Part shown: positions 9,732 through 18,332 of the stretch, in pieces | Layout of the letters: each line of letters begins with the position of its first letter | Position numbering within the stretch: the first letter of the stretch is position 1 | Source of the DNA: Gammaproteobacteria bacterium | Lineage (GTDB): Bacteria > Pseudomonadota > Gammaproteobacteria > Ga0077536 | Assembly: GCA_963662545.2 (NCBI GenBank) | Contig: CAXXLL010000002.1 | Location: 2,464,001-2,528,000, forward strand | Reading direction: 5' to 3' | Length of the DNA: 64,000 nucleotides | Made by a program: the position numbers and the translations under genes | The notes under the pieces: model-generated | What the model was told of the DNA's origin: nothing | Seen by the model: the letters and a program-made list of their open reading frames with translations, nothing else | The model's database searches: none

Positions 9732-10454
9732 CTAGCCGCTATCGCTCTCTCGGTCACTTAACCAGACGCAACGACCATCGCTCCCGCCGTCGATAAGCTC
9801 GAGCTGTCGACGATGCAGTTCCTTCTCCTCACCACGCGGCACAACGACGCTCAGCTCACGGCCCGAAACACCCCTTTGAAACTCATTGCGTTCACGCGTG
9901 TGCGTTGCGCTCCTCGTTTCCAGTTCGAGCGCCCCCTGACCACCGGTCATTGCGAGATAAACTTCGGCTAATAATTCCGCATCGAGCAGTGCGCCGTGGA
10001 TTTCCCGATGCGTGTTGTCGATCTCGTATCGCCGGCACAAAGCATCGAGACTGTTGCGTTGCCCCGGATGCGTTTCGCGCGCGAGCTTGAGCGTATCGAA
10101 CACCGTGCAATAGTCTTCGATACTTCCCCAGGCCGCGCCCAATACGTCGAATTCCGCGTTGATGAAACCGACGTCGAACGGTGCGTTGTGAATGACAAGT
10201 TCCGCGCCCCGAACAAACTCGATGAAATTCGTCGCAATCTCGGCAAACACGGGTTTGTCCCGCAAGTCTTCGAGCGTGATGCCGTGTACCTCGACTGCGC
10301 CGGCGTCGATCTCGCGCTCGGGATTCAGGTATCGTTGAAAACGTGTATTACTGATTCGTCGATCGACGATCTCGACGCAGCCTATTTCAATGATTCGATG
10401 ACCCTGTGAGGGTTCAAGCCCGGTGGTCTCAGTATCCAATACGATTTGACGCAT
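9732..10454 (-). CDS. dnaQ: DNA polymerase III epsilon subunit
   Basis: MRQIVLDTETTG, HNAPFD, HGALLDAELLA, MTGGQ. Confidence 0.96.
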   Translation of the reverse strand: MRQIVLDTETTGLEPSQGHRIIEIGCVEIVDRRISNTRFQRYLNPEREIDAGAVEVHGITLEDLRDKPVFAEIATNFIEFVRGAELVIHNAPFDVGFINAEFDVLGAAWGSIEDYCTVFDTLKLARETHPGQRNSLDALCRRYEIDNTHREIHGALLDAELLAEVYLAMTGGQGALELETRSATHTRERNEFQRGVSGRELSVVVPRGEEKELHRRQLELIDGGSDGRCVWLSDRESDSG

Positions 10455-10487
10455 GAGCACTCCTAATTAGACAGGCTGCTGGCGTTT

Positions 10488-10940
10488 TCAACTATCGATG
10501 AGATCGTCGATGGCCTCGTTGGCCAGGCGATCGGCGGCTTCGTTGCCCGGATCTCCCGCATGTCCGCGTACCCATGACCAATGAACGTCGTGCTCAGCTG
10601 CAAGCTGCTCGAGGCGCTGCCACAGGTCGACATTTTTAACGGGCTTCTTCGATGCGGTTTTCCAGTTCCGCGACCGCCATTGCGGCAACCATTGCGTAAT
10701 GCCGTTCTTCACATATTTTGAATCGGTATAAAGATTGACGCGAATTTTCCGGTTCAACGCGGCGAGCGCCTCGATCGCTGCTGTGAGTTCCATGCGGTTG
10801 TTGGTCGTATCGCGCTCGGCGCCCTTAATCGCGCGTTCGACGTCACCAAAACGCAACAGCGCGCCCCATCCGCCGACCCCCGGATTCCCACGGCAGGCGC
10901 CGTCGGTATAGATTTCCACGATCTCATCTTCGTCGGTCAT
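10488..10940 (-). CDS. rnhA: Ribonuclease HI
   Basis: [37 protein letters not shown]. Confidence 0.97.
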   Translation of the reverse strand: MTDEDEIVEIYTDGACRGNPGVGGWGALLRFGDVERAIKGAERDTTNNRMELTAAIEALAALNRKIRVNLYTDSKYVKNGITQWLPQWRSRNWKTASKKPVKNVDLWQRLEQLAAEHDVHWSWVRGHAGDPGNEAADRLANEAIDDLIDS

Positions 10941-10944
10941 GTGA

Positions 10945-11721
10945 TCACGATTCCCTCAGACCGGAACAATTCATTTTACGTGTAGTCGGTTCGACCATGC
11001 CGCCGGCCACCACCCGCCGCCGCTGACGCCAACTGACCTTGAGTGGCGTGATACCTTCGACGCGTTTCTTGCCGACGACAAGATAGATATTGCTGAATAC
11101 GGGCCAACAGAAAGCCCCGAGATTCTCGACGAATTCGAGTCGTTTGTTGAGCCCGGCGCGGTTAATCGACGGCCGAAATGATGCGCGCGAAAAATGAACG
11201 ATGTCGAACCCCAACAGTTGCAGCCAGTCCTTTAAACGGGTGGCGCCGATAAAGCTTCCGCACCAAGGCGCGCGGCGTCGCCATCGCCACAACAAAGACC
11301 ATAGTCCGTGAAAACTCCAAGGATTGAATCCGAGGATGACGAGGTGACCCTCGCCGATCAACACGCGCTCCGCCTCGCGCAGTACCCGCCTGGAATCTTT
11401 AGAGAATTCTAGGACGTGCGGCAGGACGAGCACGTCGATCGCGCTTGCTGCGATCGGTAATGCATCACCGACACACCTCAGTTGCGCGTCCGGATGATTC
11501 GCATGACTGAGTTCAACCACGATTTGATGGGAGATACGGCTCGAGGTAATCAAGCCCTCCGTATAGTGGCATCCCAATTGCACGATGTGGTAGCCGAAAA
11601 GATCTGGCAGGATGCGCCGCAACAATCTGATTTCGGCAGCTGCGACGATACTGCCCGGCTCGCACTCAAACCAGTGATGCAGCTGCACGATCGGCGATTC
11701 ATCATTTAATTCGGAAGGCAT
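10945..11721 (-). CDS. YafS-like class I SAM-dependent methyltransferase
   Basis: [25 protein letters not shown]; conserved position next to rnhA; the upstream ATG at 11763 lies in a MITE remnant. Confidence 0.85.
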   Translation of the reverse strand: MPSELNDESPIVQLHHWFECEPGSIVAAAEIRLLRRILPDLFGYHIVQLGCHYTEGLITSSRISHQIVVELSHANHPDAQLRCVGDALPIAASAIDVLVLPHVLEFSKDSRRVLREAERVLIGEGHLVILGFNPWSFHGLWSLLWRWRRRAPWCGSFIGATRLKDWLQLLGFDIVHFSRASFRPSINRAGLNKRLEFVENLGAFCWPVFSNIYLVVGKKRVEGITPLKVSWRQRRRVVAGGMVEPTTRKMNCSGLRES

Positions 11722-11740
11722 TGCCCTTAAGTCTTGCGCG

Positions 11741-11839
11741 CCGATTGCATGAAGCTCGGACATCGTCGAATGACCTGATCAATCCTGGTTGCACAATAAG
11801 TTCTCTAAGCGTCGTGGCCGCCTTCGAGCATTAGGCGGG
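11741..11839 (+). mobile_element. MITE-B right-end fragment
   Basis: aligns without gaps to 25583-25681 (CATCGTCGAATG.CCTGAT.AATCCTG...GGCCGCCTTCG.GC..TAGGCGGG). Confidence 0.8.
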
Positions 11840-11965
11840 ATGGTGTGCCGACTGTCGTGCCCGGCCTTGGCGCGCGTAAAGCAGCCAATGCAGCCTGTCA
11901 CGCCGAACGCTGCAGTGCAACGCGAATCCTTGACGCTCACTACCGCCCTTTCTAGCATACCCGTC

Positions 11966-13552
11966 ATGTTGGGGGGTGAAACCAGACGGGGAGGAATCGT
12001 CGCGTGTCTGCTCGCGGCCTGTCTAGTCGGCTGTGCAAACCAGCCTTCTTCGAAGCGCACAGACCCGGATCCGGGTCCATTCGAATCCGGTGGTCAATCA
12101 GGCCTCGAATCAGCGACCGCGCTGGACGGCGGCGGGCAGCGCAAAGCGCCCGCACGGGTCGCCGGCCAAGTGGACGATTTATGGCACCGGATCATCGTCG
12201 AGCTGCGCATGACGCCACCCAGCCACCAGCGTATCGAGGCGGCTGTCGCCGACCTCCGCCGCAATAGCGATTTCGTTTCTGCGGCAACGACGCGCGCCGG
12301 ACCCTATTTGTATTTCATTTACCAGGAGATCGAAAAGCGTCGTCTTCCATTCGAAATAGCGCTCGTGCCGATCATTGAGAGCGGCTACGCGCCGCGCGCC
12401 ACTTCGCCGGATGGCGCCGCTGGAATCTGGCAGCTCATGGCTGCGACCGGGCATCGCTTCGGCCTGCATCAATCGCGCTGGTTCGACGGCCGGCGCGATA
12501 TCGTCGCAAGCACCTACGCGGCACTGGACTACTTTGAAGAATTGAGCGATCGCTTTTACGGCGACTGGCTGCTTGCATTTGCCGCGTATAACTGTGGCGA
12601 GCGTACGGTGGAACGCGCCATCGAACGCAATCAGCGTATGGGGCGACCCACCGATTTCTGGTCGCTCGAATTACCGCGCGAGACCGAGCTTTACGTCCCA
12701 AAGCTGCTCGCCTTGATCGAGGTGCTGTCACATCCCGAAGCACACGGCGTGACGGTTGCCGAGATTCGCTATGCGCCCTACTTCGATAGCGTCGAGGTCA
12801 ATGGTTCGCTCGATCTCAACCGGGTGATCGAGTGGAGCGGCATGTCCACTAAAGAATTCGAGGCTTTGAATCCCGGGTTCCGAACGCGTTACAGCGTGAA
12901 CGGGACGCCGAGCCGAGTGCTGGTACGCAAGAACAAGGCCGAAGCCGTCGCCATCGCGCTCGCCGCACTATCCGACGACGATCGCATGGCGCCGCGCACC
13001 TACACCGTCAAGTCGGGTGAAACCCTGTCGCACATCGCGGCCGAGACCGGCGCGACGGTGGCGGCCCTCAAGCGGGCGAACGGGATGCGTACAAACCGCA
13101 TTCACGCCGGCCAGAACATTTTGATCCCGGTACTCGGTTCGATCACCGGCGGTGAGAGGTCGTTTGACTCTGAGAGTGCCAATACCAGGGTCCATGTCAT
13201 CGTTCGGGGCGATACCTTGTGGGATCTCGCACGGCTCTACGGGACCACCAGCGACGCCCTTGCGGCTGCGAACGACATGCATCCAGACCACACCCTGCGC
13301 CCGGGACGGGAATTGCGCTTGCCGGGCGGCACCGTCAAAGAACCGCCCGGCGCGTCGGTACGCCATTACGAAGTCAAAAAGGGCGATTCGCTATGGACTA
13401 TATCTCGCCGTTTCAAGGTGTCGGTGGCGGAACTCAAGAAATGGAACGGACTGTCCGGCAAGCGCTATCTCAAACCGGGCCAGCGCCTGGTAGTCTACCA
13501 ACCCGCCCCAACTTCCGTCGACGCCCGTCAGGAAATTATAAGAAACCTCTGA
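11966..13552 (+). CDS. mltD: Membrane-bound lytic murein transglycosylase D (SLT + 3 LysM)
   Basis: lipobox LVGC, PIIESG, AAGIWQ, AAYNCG, ETELYVPK, three LysM repeats; the last codons come from the MITE. Confidence 0.9.
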   Translation: MLGGETRRGGIVACLLAACLVGCANQPSSKRTDPDPGPFESGGQSGLESATALDGGGQRKAPARVAGQVDDLWHRIIVELRMTPPSHQRIEAAVADLRRNSDFVSAATTRAGPYLYFIYQEIEKRRLPFEIALVPIIESGYAPRATSPDGAAGIWQLMAATGHRFGLHQSRWFDGRRDIVASTYAALDYFEELSDRFYGDWLLAFAAYNCGERTVERAIERNQRMGRPTDFWSLELPRETELYVPKLLALIEVLSHPEAHGVTVAEIRYAPYFDSVEVNGSLDLNRVIEWSGMSTKEFEALNPGFRTRYSVNGTPSRVLVRKNKAEAVAIALAALSDDDRMAPRTYTVKSGETLSHIAAETGATVAALKRANGMRTNRIHAGQNILIPVLGSITGGERSFDSESANTRVHVIVRGDTLWDLARLYGTTSDALAAANDMHPDHTLRPGRELRLPGGTVKEPPGASVRHYEVKKGDSLWTISRRFKVSVAELKKWNGLSGKRYLKPGQRLVVYQPAPTSVDARQEIIRNL

Positions 13553-13703
13553 ATAAGTCATGACACATCTGCCCTGCCCATGGAATCGCGGAGCCTTACG
13601 TTAGGAACCTTAGCCCTAGTCCCCGCTATGCCGTGCGATTCGTGCCTTGACCTGCACCATTACATGAACCATTCAGACGCACCATGACTTATTCAGAGGT
13701 TTC
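13542..13703 (-). mobile_element. MITE-A copy 3 (162 bp, reverse orientation)
   Basis: TIR GAAACCTCTGAATAAGTCATG; flanks ATAA/TTAA. Confidence 0.92.
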
Positions 13704-13759
13704 TTAATTCACGCGCCGCGAAATCGGAATCAGGATCTCAATTGAGGAGTAGGACTCAC

Positions 13760-15964
13760 ATGCCGGCGCTACCCATACGCATACTGCGTGCCAGCATCGC
13801 GTTTGTCGTGCGCCTGATCCTGCGCGTCCGGATCGAAGGCGTCGATAATTTTCACGCGGCCGGCGAGCACGTGCTCATCGTCGCCAATCACATATCACTG
13901 ATCGACGGCGCCTTGCTGTACCTTTTCCTGCCCGAGCCGCCGACCTTCGCGATCAATGCCGAAATGGCACGCCGCTGGTACTTTAAACCGTTCCTGATGT
14001 TCGTTCATAAGCTCGAGGTGGACACACTCAGCCCCGCCGCGATCAAATCGATGATCAGGCTCATCCAGGGCGGCCGCAAGGCTGTCATTTTTCCCGAAGG
14101 CCGGATCACCACGACCAGCACCATAATGAAAGTCTACGAAGGGCCGGGCATGATTGCCGATAAGGCTGGCGCGATGATTCTGCCGGTCGGTCTGGAAGGA
14201 CCCCAGTACTCGCGTCTGTCCTATCTCAAAGGTCAGGTCCGGCAGCGCTGGTTGCCGCGGGTGCGGATCACGATTCTACCGCCGCGCAGGCTCGATCTGC
14301 CCGACGAAATCCGGGGTAGTGAACGCCGCGCTGCCGGCGCAGAAGCCCTCGCCCGAATTATGCGGGAGGTCTCGTACGAAAACGCTTTCGTGCGCGAAAC
14401 CTTGTTTGACGCGCTGATACGCAGCTCGCGTATTCATGGCCCGCGCCGCGTGGCGGTCGAAGACATCACGGGTACGCGATTGACCTACCATCAGCTGATC
14501 CTGCGTTCGTTCGTGCTCGGCGCATTGATCGCACGAATGACGGACACGCGCGATCGGATCGGCATCATGTTGCCGAGCACGGTTGCGGCAATCGTGACCC
14601 TGTTCGCCTGCCAGGCGCGCGGACGCGAGGCCGCCATGCTCAATTTCACTACGGGCGTACGCGGACTGACGACCGCGATCGAAACTGCGGGAATCAAACT
14701 CGTCTTTACGTCCCGCGCCTTCATCGAAGCGGGACAACTGCAGGCAGAAGCCGCCGCACTAGACGCCGCATCTCGCCTGATATATCTCGAGGACCTCCGC
14801 GACCAGATCGGACTATTACCAAAAATAGTCGGCCTCATCGCTTCGCGAGTGCCAAGCCTGGCGCACCGCCTCTTGCGCTCGGGCCGCGAACCGGACGACC
14901 CCGCGGTCGTCATGTTCACCTCAGGGTCGGAGGGGATCCCCAAGGGAGTCGTCCTATCACACGCCAATCTGCTCGCAAATTACGCGCAGATATCGATGCT
15001 GATCGACCTCACGCGCCACGACCTGGTATTGAATGTACTGCCGGTATTTCATGCCTTCGGTCTGCTCGGCGGATTAATCCTGCCCTTATTAAAGGGCACG
15101 AAGTCCTTCCAGTATCCCAGCCCCCTGCATTACCGCATCATCCCGGAGATCTGTTACGAACAGGGCGTAACTTGCGTGTTCGGCACGGCAACGTTTCTGC
15201 GCGGCTACGCGCGCCAAGCCCATCCCTACGATTTTCACAAAATGCGCTTCGTGATCGCAGGCGCCGAGAAGCTTACTGACGAGACGCGTGAGCTGTGGTT
15301 AGACAAGTTCGGTATCCGGATCTTCGAAGGCTACGGCGCGACGGAAGCAAGCCCTGTCATCGCCGTCAACCACCCGCTCGGTTACCGTCGCGGCAGCGTC
15401 GGCCAGCTGGTGACGAAGATGACGTACTACCTCGAATCCGTCGAGGGTCTGGAGCACGGCGGAGAACTCATCGTTCATGGACCCAACGTGATGCTCGGCT
15501 ATCTGTTCCACGGCAGCGAGGGCGAAATCATACCCCCGTGGACGGAAAAACGCGGCGCTGGCTGGTACGTCACCGGAGATATCGTCACCGTCGACGGCAA
15601 CGGCTACGTCTCCATCCAGGGGCGCGCCAAGCGGTTCGCGAAGATCGGCGGCGAAATGGTGTCGTTGGCGGTGGTCGAAGAAATCGCGGTGGAATTGTGG
15701 CCCGACGGCCGGCACGCGGCCATCGCGATCCCGGACGCGCGCAAGGGCGAACAAATCGTGCTGCTCACCGACGTCGAGGAAGTGAGCCGCAACGCTCTGA
15801 TGGCGGCCGCACGCCGCGCGGGCGCAAGCGAACTCAACATTCCCAAGCAGATCGTGTACCGCGAAGCAATTCCCCTGCTCGGCTCCGGCAAGGTGGACTA
15901 CCTCGCGATCAGGGATCTCGTGTCGAAATACGCAAAGAAACCAGACGGCGCGGAAGAAGCCTGA
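13760..15964 (+). CDS. aas: Bifunctional 2-acyl-GPE acyltransferase / acyl-ACP synthetase
   Basis: NHISLID and FPEGR acyltransferase motifs; FTSGSEGIPKG, EGYGATE, TGD AMP-binding motifs. Confidence 0.92.
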   Translation: MPALPIRILRASIAFVVRLILRVRIEGVDNFHAAGEHVLIVANHISLIDGALLYLFLPEPPTFAINAEMARRWYFKPFLMFVHKLEVDTLSPAAIKSMIRLIQGGRKAVIFPEGRITTTSTIMKVYEGPGMIADKAGAMILPVGLEGPQYSRLSYLKGQVRQRWLPRVRITILPPRRLDLPDEIRGSERRAAGAEALARIMREVSYENAFVRETLFDALIRSSRIHGPRRVAVEDITGTRLTYHQLILRSFVLGALIARMTDTRDRIGIMLPSTVAAIVTLFACQARGREAAMLNFTTGVRGLTTAIETAGIKLVFTSRAFIEAGQLQAEAAALDAASRLIYLEDLRDQIGLLPKIVGLIASRVPSLAHRLLRSGREPDDPAVVMFTSGSEGIPKGVVLSHANLLANYAQISMLIDLTRHDLVLNVLPVFHAFGLLGGLILPLLKGTKSFQYPSPLHYRIIPEICYEQGVTCVFGTATFLRGYARQAHPYDFHKMRFVIAGAEKLTDETRELWLDKFGIRIFEGYGATEASPVIAVNHPLGYRRGSVGQLVTKMTYYLESVEGLEHGGELIVHGPNVMLGYLFHGSEGEIIPPWTEKRGAGWYVTGDIVTVDGNGYVSIQGRAKRFAKIGGEMVSLAVVEEIAVELWPDGRHAAIAIPDARKGEQIVLLTDVEEVSRNALMAAARRAGASELNIPKQIVYREAIPLLGSGKVDYLAIRDLVSKYAKKPDGAEEA

Positions 15965-16015
15965 GCAAAAATTTGCAATGAGGAAACGTGCCGCTCGTTG
16001 CGGCAGAAAGCTTTA

Positions 16016-16035
16016 TTCGCCCGCTTGCGGGCGAA
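16016..16035. repeat. Short palindrome (REP-like core or terminator) between convergent genes
   Basis: TTCGCCCGC-TT-GCGGGCGAA; same core as 29241-29261. Confidence 0.55.
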
Positions 16036-16079
16036 CCCTAAGTACTACAGATTCGGTTCCGGTCATCGCGATCTCGTGA

Positions 16080-16826
16080 TTACATCGGCCGGCCGTTGAT
16101 ACTCCAGTCGTATTCCATAAACTTGATCTTGAAACCACCTATCAGCAATTCCCCGGCCTTCGTTTCGTCGTCGACGTATTGTGCAAGGTATTCGAGGATC
16201 CCCTTATCCGATTCCCCGAAATCGTCTCGGTGCCAGTCGAAAATCTCCGAGATCTTGGCCGTGCGCACGGCTACCGAGAAGCGATTTTTGCGGTTATCGT
16301 TGATGAAAACACGGATATTATCCTCGAGTTGCTGATCGATCGTGTCAATTTTGTAAGCTTCGGAGCGCAGCTGAGGACCGGAATACGACGCCGGTACCAA
16401 GGCGAAATGTGCCCGCGCGTCGTCCAGTTTGAGCACGATGTCACGCTCGATCGAACGTAGATCGAGATTCCTGCCGGCCACGCGATGTTCGGTCGTGCGG
16501 AAAAACTTGAACCGGCCGATCGCATTGATCGGCCTGATGCCATCAATGATGCTTTTTATCGCAAGCGCGTTGTAGGCATTGATCCAGAACGCGAGGCGCG
16601 CCTCCTTATTGTCAAGTGTGTCCGCGTCGAATTCCGATATTGCCTCGATGTACTTGAAAAAGCGGGCGTTGCGGGCGATCGCGGGATAATTGACGTAGCC
16701 GTCTTTAACGTTCCGCTCGAGGACGCCGTCGAGCAGCGAATGGAGTACGCGAACGTCGAACGCATAGGCTGCGGCCGGTACGCAAAGCAAAACTGACAAG
16801 AACGCAAAACCTGCCAGACGATTCAT
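16080..16826 (-). CDS. Exported DUF547 protein
   Basis: signal peptide; LAFWINAYNAL, RAHFALV, KISEIFDW, YDWSIN. Confidence 0.88.
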   Translation of the reverse strand: MNRLAGFAFLSVLLCVPAAAYAFDVRVLHSLLDGVLERNVKDGYVNYPAIARNARFFKYIEAISEFDADTLDNKEARLAFWINAYNALAIKSIIDGIRPINAIGRFKFFRTTEHRVAGRNLDLRSIERDIVLKLDDARAHFALVPASYSGPQLRSEAYKIDTIDQQLEDNIRVFINDNRKNRFSVAVRTAKISEIFDWHRDDFGESDKGILEYLAQYVDDETKAGELLIGGFKIKFMEYDWSINGRPM

Positions 16827-17099
16827 CTGCACAAAATGAAACATAATTGGCGTCATGAGCGTCAATCTTCCGGGTAGCACTGGATTCTGCGAAGCTCTGC
16901 AAGTTCCATGATTACACTGGAACCCGTGAAGTGATTGCCATAATTGACCCATCAATGCAAGAATCGCCGCGATCGACAATCATCATCGAGCGATCGGAAG
17001 GCACAGTTTACACGACAACTCCGATTCGAACTCGGATGCACCCAGTATTCGGATTCCATTGCAGCGAATCGCATACGGGTGCCTGGAGACAGTCGCGCA

Positions 17100-18155
17100 A
17101 TGAGAGAAACAGTCAAGAACTATTATGGTTCGGTCCTGCAGGGATCGGACGATTTACGCACCAGCGTGTGCACGACTTCGTCGGCTCCTTCTGATTACTT
17201 AAAGGGGCTGCTCAGCAACGTACACGAGGAAGTACGCGACCGTTATTATGGCTGCGGCCTGGTCTATCCGGCATCACTCGAGGGCATGCGCGTGTTGGAT
17301 CTGGGATGCGGCGGCGGGCGCGACTGCTACGTTCTCGCGCAGCTGGTCGGCCCGTCGGGCCAGGTTGTGGGTATCGACATGACCGATGAGCAACTCGAGC
17401 TTGCACGTCGCACCATCGACTGGCACACGCGGCGATTCGGCTTCGACACCGCCAACGTCGAGTTCCACAAGGGCTATATCGAAAAACTCGACGAGACCGG
17501 TCTCGAACCCGCGAGTTTCGATCTCATCGTCTCTAACTGCGTCATCAATCTGGCGATCGACAAACCCGCCGTCCTAGACGGGGCCCACACGCTTCTGCGT
17601 GAGGGAGGGGAGATGTACTTTTCCGACATTTATGCCAGCCGGCGTATTCCGGAGGAACTGGCAGTCGACCCGGTGCTTTACGACGAGTGCCTGAGCGGAG
17701 CAATGTATTGGAACGACTTCGAACATCTGGCCCAGGCGATCGGTTTTCGCGATCCCAGGCTGGTCGAAGACTCCATGTTGACCATTCACGACCCGGCGAT
17801 CGCCGATCGCATCGGACACATCGATTTCCACTCCGCGACCTACCGATTATTCAAGCTTGAGGGGCTTGAACCGGCCTGCGAGGATTATGGCCAGGCCGTC
17901 GTCTACAACGGCGGCTTGCCGCATCACCGCGAGCGATTCATTCTCGATAAACACCACTCCATCGAACGCGGCCGCATGTTCCCGGTTTGCGGCAACACCT
18001 GGCGCATGCTGCATGACACGCGTTTCAAGCGGTATTTCGAATTCTTCGGCAGCTGGGATACGCACTACGGTATTTTCGAAGGCTGCGGCAGCTCGATCCC
18101 GTTCGATACCGGGAGCCCGGGTCCGGTCGCAACAGCGTCCCGATCCTGTTGTTGA
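17100..18155 (+). CDS. ArsM/AS3MT-like SAM-dependent methyltransferase
   Basis: VKNYYG...DLRTSVC, YYGCG, LDLGCGGGRD, SNCVINL, ECLSGA, CEDYGQ, C-terminal CC. Confidence 0.85.
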   Translation: MRETVKNYYGSVLQGSDDLRTSVCTTSSAPSDYLKGLLSNVHEEVRDRYYGCGLVYPASLEGMRVLDLGCGGGRDCYVLAQLVGPSGQVVGIDMTDEQLELARRTIDWHTRRFGFDTANVEFHKGYIEKLDETGLEPASFDLIVSNCVINLAIDKPAVLDGAHTLLREGGEMYFSDIYASRRIPEELAVDPVLYDECLSGAMYWNDFEHLAQAIGFRDPRLVEDSMLTIHDPAIADRIGHIDFHSATYRLFKLEGLEPACEDYGQAVVYNGGLPHHRERFILDKHHSIERGRMFPVCGNTWRMLHDTRFKRYFEFFGSWDTHYGIFEGCGSSIPFDTGSPGPVATASRSCC

Positions 18156-18160
18156 CCTAG

Positions 18161-18323
18161 GGAATCTCTGAGTAAGTTTATGGTGCGGGTGAATGGTGCA
18201 TGAAATCGTGCAGATCAAGGCACGATTCGCAGGCCATAGCGGGGACTATGGGCAAGATTCGTAACGTAAGGCTCCGCGATTTCAGGCGCAAGGCAGGTGT
18301 GCCATAACTTATTCAGAGGTTCC
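18161..18323 (+). mobile_element. MITE-A copy 4 (second subfamily)
   Basis: TIRs and internal core match the other copies; flanks CTAG/CTAA; 5 bp after the methyltransferase stop. Confidence 0.92.
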
Positions 18324-18332
18324 CTAATCACT

